From a virus: 64,000 nucleotides of DNA. Location of the stretch: IMG/VR virus record IMGVR_UViG_3300008012_000023, positions 28,982-92,981 of that record; one strand, written 5' to 3'. Under the pieces are notes generated by a model, which did not search any database, had not been told where the DNA came from, and saw only the letters and a program-made list of their open reading frames with translations. Within the stretch, counting starts at the first letter, position 1. Each line of letters begins with the position of its first letter. The translations under genes were made by a program, and so were the position numbers. Below, piece after piece: positions 33,226 to 40,375 of the stretch.

Positions 33226-33707
33226 AAACTCTAGTCACGGGTGGTAACGGCAGGTTTGCCTCTCAACTAAAAAAATACCTCAACGGTGATTATCTTGGCA
33301 AAAACGAACTTGACCTGGGTAACATAAAAGATATTGCTAAATTAAGTGAATACGATTGTGTAATACACACGGCCACGGGCACACCATCGGTCAATCAGAA
33401 TTTACTTTTTTTGATTTATAAAACCAAGGCCAAAAAAGTTTTTCTCTTTACCAGCAAACAAGGCACATTTTTGAATTGGAAACAACCCGGAAACATGATG
33501 TATGGTATAGAAAAACTTGTGATGAATTTTATGATTTACAGATTCAACATGGAACACGAAAACTGCCAACTAGTCGAACCCGGACATATGGGCACCGAAC
33601 AGGATTACGACACCATGGCCCAAAAATTCAAGAATTATATAGATACTTGGAAATATTCTAAAAATCAAATATACGATCTTGCCAGAGACCGTTTCATTGC
33701 TTATTGA
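33222..33707 (+). CDS. Short Rossmann-fold (SDR/epimerase-like) protein
   Basis: MKTLVTGGNGRF dinucleotide-binding motif, VIHTA, YGIEK (YxxxK). Confidence 0.65.
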   Translation: MKTLVTGGNGRFASQLKKYLNGDYLGKNELDLGNIKDIAKLSEYDCVIHTATGTPSVNQNLLFLIYKTKAKKVFLFTSKQGTFLNWKQPGNMMYGIEKLVMNFMIYRFNMEHENCQLVEPGHMGTEQDYDTMAQKFKNYIDTWKYSKNQIYDLARDRFIAY

Positions 33708-34264
33708 TACCTAACGTACAAACTCTTCCTATCGCCGGATTTTACAGGATAGGCCGTGGAATGATAGGTATTTTTGCCGCACAACAAACTGTATCCTCTG
33801 TTTACCTTGTAATCAAAAATTTTGAAAGGCATGTCGTCTTCGCTGTAGTGGAGTGCAGTGCCTGGATGCACACCTGTAGACAGGTAGATCTGCAGGCTTA
33901 ACTTTATTGATGGGTCATCCACATGAGTTTTCAATACGTAGGGCGGTTGATCATACCAAATGTCCAAAGAGGACAATGTCAACTCTGTTTCAAACGCCTC
34001 TTCCAGTGCCTTTATAAGTTTTGCGTTGGAAAAAATTATTGTCAATTCTCTTACCAGCAAATTGGAATAGTCTGCCTTGTGCCTGTTTTGGTTTTCTTGC
34101 CCGCGAAGTTTTGATTTTTCCAAATTGTCAACGTTGGAATTGATGTGTTCCAGCATCTTTTCATCGAAAAAGTTTTCATATTCTTGGTAAACAAACTGTG
34201 ATTTTTTGGTAATTGGTGTTTTTTGTATTGACTCGACCAAGAATTTAGTGCTATCATTGTTCAT
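33701..34264 (-). CDS. 2OG-Fe(II) oxygenase family protein
   Basis: HVD...LQIYL...GT...YH...RKSLY: HxD..H..RxS arrangement. Confidence 0.8.
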   Translation of the reverse strand: MNNDSTKFLVESIQKTPITKKSQFVYQEYENFFDEKMLEHINSNVDNLEKSKLRGQENQNRHKADYSNLLVRELTIIFSNAKLIKALEEAFETELTLSSLDIWYDQPPYVLKTHVDDPSIKLSLQIYLSTGVHPGTALHYSEDDMPFKIFDYKVNRGYSLLCGKNTYHSTAYPVKSGDRKSLYVRYQ

Positions 34265-34303
34265 ACGTTAATTAATTAGCGTGAATAACAAAGGAGATCA
34301 AAA

Positions 34304-34501
34304 ATGTCTGAGACACATGATCAAATAATGTCTACAATTCAAACCTACTCTGAGGAGAACTCAAAGTTCACAGATAAAGGTGTGAAGGCTAGTGCCACAA
34401 GAGCAAGAAAGGCACTTGCAGAATTAGGCAAATTAATAAAAGCAAGAAGAAAAGAAATCCAAGAAGTAAAAAACGCGGCGAAAGAATCAGCGTCTGCGTA
34501 A
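34304..34501 (+). CDS. Histone H1-like (Hc1-like) protein
   Basis: KF.DKGVKASATRARKALAELGKLIKARRKEIQ; SD AAGGAG. Confidence 0.8.
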   Translation: MSETHDQIMSTIQTYSEENSKFTDKGVKASATRARKALAELGKLIKARRKEIQEVKNAAKESASA

Positions 34502-34533
34502 CTTATTTTAATTGGATCCAATTTAGAAAGCCT

Positions 34534-34956
34534 CTACAATTTTTTTGTAGGGGCTTTTTTTATCACATTACCATGAATACGAACTCTTATGTGTCCGTTG
34601 TAATATTCGTCGCTTTCAAGAACTTTCCTGGAAAATTGTTCTCTGGCCTCGATGTAATTGCACTCTCCTCTGGTCCTACAGAAAAATAATATTTCTCTTA
34701 CAATGTTGTTTGTTCCTTGCGACTCTATGTCTTTGAGCAACTCGTCGTTACTGCCGTAATAATCTCTCCAGTCTGATTCTATCTTGAACCTTCTCTTGTT
34801 TTTTCTACCTTTCAACGGCGGTCTTGATCTTTTGAATTTTGCCAGTTTTTTACCAATATATTTCCGTCCATTGTTTTTGTTCAGTATTTCATAGACAAAA
34901 CCTTCACAATCTTTTGGTAATTCTTCCACTGCGTTTCCTTTGTAAATCCAAGACAT
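34534..34956 (-). CDS. GIY-YIG (Seg-like) endonuclease, catalytic domain only (140 aa)
   Basis: GFVYEI...NGRKYIGKK...DWRDYYGS...E...YYN. Start at ATG 34956, 5 nt after TAAATA. Confidence 0.85.
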   Translation of the reverse strand: MSWIYKGNAVEELPKDCEGFVYEILNKNNGRKYIGKKLAKFKRSRPPLKGRKNKRRFKIESDWRDYYGSNDELLKDIESQGTNNIVREILFFCRTRGECNYIEAREQFSRKVLESDEYYNGHIRVRIHGNVIKKAPTKKL

Positions 34957-35059
34957 CGTGGTATTTAAAGCCAAAAAGATTGACTCGGAAAGAAAACTCA
35001 TATAAACAAGTGCGATAGGCACACTATTTTTCAAAACAAAAAAACTTCATTAGGCACAC

Positions 35060-35430
35060 ATAGCATCTCAGAAGTGAGCAGGGAAATGCGGCAGTAATGC
35101 GACAGGTGAATCCCTTGATGCGAAAGGCAAAAACGATGGGGCTCTGAGCAAAAAGCAACCCCAGGTCCGTCCAGGATGATCATGCATAGATTGGACAGGC
35201 TCGCGTTGTATGAATAAGCGAACGGGTACAGCACAACCGCCCGGTTACGACAGCGTTGCATGGTGACTGCGATACTCGCCACACGGGGATCAAGTCAGTT
35301 CGGCTAGAAATAGCCGAATTGTGACTGCTCATCTGCCACAGCAGGCGCAAACGTTTTTTTGTTGCTTTAGCGTAAATTAAGAAATAGGAAACGAGCGTAA
35401 GCGAAGTTTCAGATGGCTGTAAGCCATCTT
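35060..35430 (+). ncRNA. Putative large structured non-coding RNA or structured cis-element, family unknown
   Basis: Intergenic and GC-richer than its flanks. Closing helix TGAGCAG 35075-81 / CTGCTCA 35325-31; at least six internal stems; GAAA/GTAA tetraloops on the + strand. Confidence 0.65.
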
Positions 35431-35459
35431 TGTTTGGCCTTAAGTATTGTGAGAAACAC

Positions 35460-36215
35460 ATGGAATTGATATTCAATCACCTTTTCGGCAAACAGGAACA
35501 CCAGGATCTGGTACTGTGCCATCCCATGGCCCGCGTGTCTCCGGACGAAGAGGAAGAGGCGATCGCCACTGGTTGGCTGGCGCTGGACCATCCCGTGGAT
35601 GGCAAGGAGATGTGGTACCAGAGCCGTAGCACACGTGTGGACCTTTCGGCATACAAACCCAGATTCGCCAGGCACGAATACCAGGGCAAGAGGATAGAGT
35701 TCAAGATAATAGACGCCAACGAGATGGTGACCCTGTTGGGACTGCCCAAGATATACAGGGACTACATGAAAAAGAAAAATTTCACCGCGGACTACAATCC
35801 ATTTGAAAATTTCCACCGCAGGGACCAGTTCATGATCTTCTACGTGGACCGTGCGGACCACATAGTGGGTTTCACCAAACAGAAACGCTATGGCGGGGAC
35901 GACGGATACGGGTTCTCGGAGGGAATGGCCAGCGGATACGAGAGCGTGATACACGCCTGCTCGTTGCCCATCAGCCACATCACCCTGGACATCGAACTGA
36001 ACTGGGCGAGGACCACCGGAGTGGACTACTATATGCTGGGCAGTGGCTACGAGAACAGTTCGGCCTACAAGAGCAAGTACAAGGGTTTTGAGTGGTGGAC
36101 CGGCACACAATGGAGCACCAGCCGTAAACAGTACAACAAGTTGTGCAGGCGAGATTCGCGTGTGCAGACTATTTCCGAGATCTCCAACCTTTCACAGATT
36201 CCAGATAGGTCTTAG
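35460..36215 (+). CDS. Aminoacyl-tRNA-protein transferase-like (ATE1/Bpt C-terminal GNAT fold)
   Basis: AIATGW...WYQSRSTRVDL, IYRDYMKKKNF, ELNWARTTGVDYYMLGSGYENSSAYKSKYKGFEWW match the ATE/Bpt 'YxYLGY...YK..Y' pattern. Start at ATG 35460. Confidence 0.7.
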   Translation: MELIFNHLFGKQEHQDLVLCHPMARVSPDEEEEAIATGWLALDHPVDGKEMWYQSRSTRVDLSAYKPRFARHEYQGKRIEFKIIDANEMVTLLGLPKIYRDYMKKKNFTADYNPFENFHRRDQFMIFYVDRADHIVGFTKQKRYGGDDGYGFSEGMASGYESVIHACSLPISHITLDIELNWARTTGVDYYMLGSGYENSSAYKSKYKGFEWWTGTQWSTSRKQYNKLCRRDSRVQTISEISNLSQIPDRS

Positions 36216-36672
36216 ACCAATTCCGGTAGTAGGGACCTGACTCCAGCATCTTCGAGAACCTGTTGAGTTTGCTCAATCTCTGTGCCAGGAACAGTGTGTA
36301 ATGACCGTTGTTCAATTTCACACCCTTCACCGATTCCTCCACGTCGGGATGATCCTCGAGGACAACAATGTCTTTGTCCATGAAATGGTTGTTCAACTGT
36401 TCGGCCAACTGCTGGGTCTGTGCGGCCGTGAACCAGGCAGGTTCCGCTATCAAGACCAAAACATCTTTCTCGTCAAAATCGCAATCCAAGATGTGTTGAC
36501 ACAGTTGTTCGTAGTTGTCCGTGTCGTTCAACTCGACGAATTTCACTTTTCGATCCACCATGGCCTTCTGGGCAAACGGACAGGGAGGTAGATTGCCAAA
36601 CACCGGATTGGGTTTGGTCACAAAATTATTGATCCAGTGCTGTATCTTCTGTGTTGGTGTCGTCGATGTCAT
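36169..36672 (-). CDS. DUF1415-like protein
   Basis: HWINNFV...NLPPCPFAQKA, DHP, LAQRLSKL...YY.NW. Confidence 0.6.
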   Translation of the reverse strand: MTSTTPTQKIQHWINNFVTKPNPVFGNLPPCPFAQKAMVDRKVKFVELNDTDNYEQLCQHILDCDFDEKDVLVLIAEPAWFTAAQTQQLAEQLNNHFMDKDIVVLEDHPDVEESVKGVKLNNGHYTLFLAQRLSKLNRFSKMLESGPYYRNWSKTYLESVKGWRSRK

Positions 36673-36922
36673 CTTCCTGATTTACTCTTTCCTTGATCGA
36701 TTCAAGTTTTTGTAATTTTTCTTTCAGGACTGATGCTTGTTCTTGTGCCTCCACCATTTTTTTGGCACAGGCCTTGGTCTCTGTGTTGGCCTGGTCCAGT
36801 TTCACGAGCAACTGCTTGATACGAGATTCTTTGTTCGCAATGGCAGTGTTTAGGGACTGCTTCTCGTCGGTGAGGTCCTTGATGTGGTAACGGAGTTCCT
36901 GTACTAGATCTCGGTCTGACAT
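36626..36922 (-). CDS. Coiled-coil hypothetical protein
   Basis: 98 aa with a heptad pattern throughout; TAATTA 6 nt upstream. Confidence 0.7.
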   Translation of the reverse strand: MSDRDLVQELRYHIKDLTDEKQSLNTAIANKESRIKQLLVKLDQANTETKACAKKMVEAQEQASVLKEKLQKLESIKERVNQEDDIDDTNTEDTALDQ

Positions 36923-36970
36923 ATTCTTTAATTATCCTGAATTTTTATCATCATTATATTGTACTATAAT

Positions 36971-37198
36971 CTAGAAGAAAGGTTGACCGGTTTTTTTGGC
37001 TGTTTCCAGATTGTCTTTTATTATGTCCGCACACATTTTGCGTTCTTCGTTGCTCATGTTGAGTGCTTCTTGGTAAGTGACGCCACCCCTCATATACCAG
37101 CATATACGCAGTATCTCGTGTTTGAGATTTTTTCCTTCGTTTTCGAGATCTTTGAGGTAAGTGACAATTTCAGAATCCGACAGTGATAGAAGTTTTAT
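36971..37198 (-). CDS. gp51-like hub/tail assembly chaperone segment, probably expressed by -1 frameshift from the gp26-like gene
   Basis: Open frame IKLLSLSDSEIVTYLKDLENEGKNLKHEILRICWYMRGGVTYQEALNMSNEERKMCADIIKDNLETAKKTGQPFF*. No upstream ATG or SD; lies in the -1 frame of 37195-38052. Confidence 0.75.
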   Translation of the reverse strand: MKLLSLSDSEIVTYLKDLENEGKNLKHEILRICWYMRGGVTYQEALNMSNEERKMCADIIKDNLETAKKTGQPFF

Positions 37199-38052
37199 CC
37201 GAAAAAATTTGAGTTATCGAAAGTTACGGGTACCTCGTATGTTGCAGGAGCACCTTTTTTGATCTGCTCTTCGTTGGCCTTGACAGTGAGAGGCTTGAGG
37301 TTTCCCTGGGTTCTCAGTTCTCCCAGTCCCTCCTGTATGTCATTTGTTATCTTGACATCGGCATTGTTGATGAATTCCCTGATCTGTTCCTTGTCCGTGA
37401 CGGCAGTTCCGTCCGGGGTGGTGATACTGACTATGCTGGATACCAACACATCAAAGTTTAACTCACTCAACTTTCTAAAACTCTCGGCAAATGTCTTGCT
37501 CTTCTGCGTTTCGTCCATTTGTGTCTGCGACACAGTGGCATAGATCTTCTGTTGCTCGAACGTTGCCAATTGATTTTTTGTCAACTCCTTGTAGGTAAGC
37601 GGAGACACCTTGACCTTGAATCCCGACTTGGTGGAAAATTCGTCCTTGATATCTATGTTCTTCAATGTTTCAAGCATCTGTGGTAGATTGACCGTGTGTA
37701 CCTGCATCTCGTTTGCCTTGGGCACGGGTGCCTCGATATCCATGGTCTCACCAAAAGTGGCTATCCTTATGGCCAGCAATATGGTGTCCAGGTCGTGATT
37801 CACTACCTGCCAGGCATCCTTGATGTTGGGCATACAACTCTGTATCACGTCCACCGTGCTCTGCCCGTTAAGGAGTGCGTCCGGTGTCTTGAAATTGAGT
37901 TCATCTTTGGCTGTCATTGGAAGCACAGGCAGTTCGCCTGTCTCTGTTTTTTCAAATCCCTTGTCGTCAAAATACTTGCCCTGTGACGGCAATGTGATGT
38001 ACACAGCCGGCTGTCTGTAATATTTGCTTAATGGTTTTGTGTTTTCTGTCAT
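37195..38052 (-). CDS. Baseplate hub assembly chaperone, T4 gp26-like
   Basis: YITLPSQGKYF...LPMTAKDE...DLDTILLAIRIATFGE; ends ...SNFFG. Confidence 0.85.
   Translation of the reverse strand: MTENTKPLSKYYRQPAVYITLPSQGKYFDDKGFEKTETGELPVLPMTAKDELNFKTPDALLNGQSTVDVIQSCMPNIKDAWQVVNHDLDTILLAIRIATFGETMDIEAPVPKANEMQVHTVNLPQMLETLKNIDIKDEFSTKSGFKVKVSPLTYKELTKNQLATFEQQKIYATVSQTQMDETQKSKTFAESFRKLSELNFDVLVSSIVSITTPDGTAVTDKEQIREFINNADVKITNDIQEGLGELRTQGNLKPLTVKANEEQIKKGAPATYEVPVTFDNSNFFG
37201..37210 (-). other. Tandem -1 slippery heptamers (A AAT TTT and T TTT TTC)
   Basis: Minus-strand sequence TCA AAT TTT TTC GGA TAA holds two in-frame X XXY YYZ motifs just before the stop. Confidence 0.7.
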
Positions 38053-38062
38053 AATTTTTGTC

Positions 38063-38105
38063 TATAAATATACACTAAAAGTATCAGTGTGTCTATATAT
38101 TTATA
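38063..38105. promoter_or_regulatory. Two face-to-face late promoters (TATAAATA + 38063-70; TATAAATA - 38098-105)
   Basis: Exact motifs on both strands between the divergent gp26-like and tape-measure genes. Confidence 0.75.
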
Positions 38106-38135
38106 TAGGCGCAGATAATGGATTTTTAAAACCGT

Positions 38136-40334
38136 ATGGCCATAGATCGAGAAGACGCAAAAATAATAGCAGATGAGTTTGCCAAGGCACTCAGGATACC
38201 CACTTCCGGCATCTCGGCCAGGAATCTGCTCGACAGGGCTCCCGAACAGTTCAAGGAAGAACTAAAAAAACAGATCAGGTCACTCCAGGACCTAGCCAAA
38301 CAGCACGGCGCCACTGAACAGCAGTTGATAAAATTCAGGCTCCAGGCGGAGGAAGCAACCGAAGGGCTTACAAGAAATGCAAGGGCCTATAGAATTGTGT
38401 CCCGAGTGCTGGACACAACAGAGAAAGCGATCAGAGGTTTTGCGGATTCTGGCAGGAAAGGTGCCGACACCTTCAGCACTTTTACCAAAGCATTCGAGGG
38501 AATGCCTCTATTGGGTAACTTCAATGACCTGGCCAACAGTTTTGATTTCAACATTGGCATATTCCGAGCCCTTTCCAGCCAAGGAGCCGATTTTGGACAA
38601 AGTCTAATACGGCTTAGACAGGCCGCGGCAGATGCCAGATTGCCTCTATTGGAATTCGTTGACCTCACATCTTCGAACGCAGTCACTCTTGCCGCATTGT
38701 TTGGAACAGTCAACCAAGGCATACCATCGTTGACGAGGTTTACAGAACAACTGAGAACGCAAGGCATACCACAGTTGGCCGCTCTGGGTTTGACCACAGA
38801 AAACCTAAACGAATTTTTAACAACCTATCTCGACATACAAAGAGTTCAACAGAGATTCCAACGACTTTCCGATCAAGAGATAACGGCAAACACTATATCA
38901 TATGCCAAGGAACTGGACAGACTGACAAGATTGACCGGTATTCAGAGAGAACGGTTAGACGAAGAAATAAAAAGACAGAACGCAGATGCCATATTTCAAA
39001 CATATCTACAAGGTCTGGATGAAAAACAGGCCATGGCCAGCCAACAATTAGTGGCAACAGTGAGCCAACTTAATCCGGCACTGGGCACCAGCCTGAAAAA
39101 CTTCCTGGCAACAGGTGTACAGTTTGACGAGTTGTCGCAACAGGCATCGGCATTGGTGCCAGGATTCAGTGATGCGGTGTTGGCATTCCGATCGGGACAG
39201 ATAGGAATCGACCAGGTGCTGACAACCCTGAGAGATGGGGCTAGAAATTTCAGATCACAATTCAATGAACCTGCGGTATTGTTGGGCGGAGGACTAGAAA
39301 ATTTAGCCAATGCCTTCTTGCCATTAAGCACATTGACCTTGGACACAGCCAAGGCATCCGAAGAACAACTGCTGGCACAAGAAAGTTTGACAAAAAATTT
39401 AGCAGAATTTAATGAATCCGCGAAGAGATTGAAAGCAGGGTTCGAAACGATACAAACATCGATCCTGATAGGACTGGGTCCACTTGTCAGTGGACTGGTC
39501 GGAGGAACCAACGAGGGATTCATCATGATAGGCAACGCCCTGGCAAACTTCAGCAAGGACTTTCCGGGAGTTGTGGCCGGGGGATTCGTGGGAGCGTTGG
39601 CAGGCAAATATCTTTTTGACAAAGCGGCCCAGATACTGATCATAGCCACAGGTGTAAGGATAGGACAAACCAGCCTCACAAGTTTCATGAAAGGCATCAC
39701 CGGCACATTCATGAGAACAACAGGCACCATGCTGGGACTGTTTACGAGGATAGCAGGTCCGCTGGCATCGATTGTTACGATCTTGAGCAGTCTTTCAATG
39801 ATCTTTAACGAGGAGACAAGAGCAAGAGGTGTTGGAGGAGTAGCAGGAGGAGTGGCCGGTTACCTGGGAGGCAGGATGGCGGCCAGAGCAATTGGTGCCG
39901 CGATTGGCGGAACCGTGGGTACATTTATCGGTGGACCTATAGGCACAGCGTTAGGTACTGCCCTTGGTACTGTGATAGGTACCATAATTGGCCAGATGAT
40001 GGGAGGTTCGTTTGACAGCAGATTGACAGGTACCGACGGTGAAACAGGCAGATTGCTTGAAACCAAAGACACTCTGACAAAAGTTCACAGAGGCGAAATG
40101 GTACTGCCGGCCAAGACCGCCAAAAAAGTGGCAGATGCTATCCAGGAAGAAGCAGTTACAAGTGTTGTGGATCAGGATATGATCAAAAACAATAAGTACC
40201 TTGAAGAATTAATAACAACAAATAAAAAAGTGGAGAGATATCTATCAACAGTGGCGGCGGCAACAGTCAAAACAGCAGATAACACTGGTAAAACAATCAG
40301 TAACATCAAAGCATTGGGAGGAATAATCCAATAA
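38136..40334 (+). CDS. Tail tape measure protein
   Basis: 732 aa, helical and Ala/Leu/Gln-rich, with C-terminal Gly-zipper hydrophobic helices and H.GEMVLP; adjacent to the chaperone gene. Confidence 0.75.
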   Translation: MAIDREDAKIIADEFAKALRIPTSGISARNLLDRAPEQFKEELKKQIRSLQDLAKQHGATEQQLIKFRLQAEEATEGLTRNARAYRIVSRVLDTTEKAIRGFADSGRKGADTFSTFTKAFEGMPLLGNFNDLANSFDFNIGIFRALSSQGADFGQSLIRLRQAAADARLPLLEFVDLTSSNAVTLAALFGTVNQGIPSLTRFTEQLRTQGIPQLAALGLTTENLNEFLTTYLDIQRVQQRFQRLSDQEITANTISYAKELDRLTRLTGIQRERLDEEIKRQNADAIFQTYLQGLDEKQAMASQQLVATVSQLNPALGTSLKNFLATGVQFDELSQQASALVPGFSDAVLAFRSGQIGIDQVLTTLRDGARNFRSQFNEPAVLLGGGLENLANAFLPLSTLTLDTAKASEEQLLAQESLTKNLAEFNESAKRLKAGFETIQTSILIGLGPLVSGLVGGTNEGFIMIGNALANFSKDFPGVVAGGFVGALAGKYLFDKAAQILIIATGVRIGQTSLTSFMKGITGTFMRTTGTMLGLFTRIAGPLASIVTILSSLSMIFNEETRARGVGGVAGGVAGYLGGRMAARAIGAAIGGTVGTFIGGPIGTALGTALGTVIGTIIGQMMGGSFDSRLTGTDGETGRLLETKDTLTKVHRGEMVLPAKTAKKVADAIQEEAVTSVVDQDMIKNNKYLEELITTNKKVERYLSTVAAATVKTADNTGKTISNIKALGGIIQ

Positions 40335-40339
40335 TGTTC

Positions 40340-40368
40340 TTGATCTTTGCTCGTGAAAAAGGTATAAT
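40340..40368 (+). promoter_or_regulatory. Sigma70-type promoter upstream of portal
   Basis: TTGATC, 17-nt spacer, TATAAT; ATG lies 7 nt after the -10 box. Confidence 0.65.
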
Positions 40369-40375
40369 ATAACGT

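Noticed and set aside
35060-35340. RNase P RNA identity (GGGAAATGCGG and ACAGCACAACCGCC loosely recall RNase P conserved regions)
   Set aside because: No GAGGAAAGUCC and no complementary 3' ACAGAA..CGGC P4 strand; the resemblance is too weak without a covariance-model search.
34534-35430. Group I/II intron with a homing endonuclease
   Set aside because: No interrupted host gene, no recognisable P7/R-S or domain V consensus, and the nuclease is outside and opposite to the structured element.
35031-35476. ORF-track ORFs 35031-35282 and 35180-35476 (minus)
   Set aside because: Atypical composition, no RBS, and they overlap the structured element; probably spurious.
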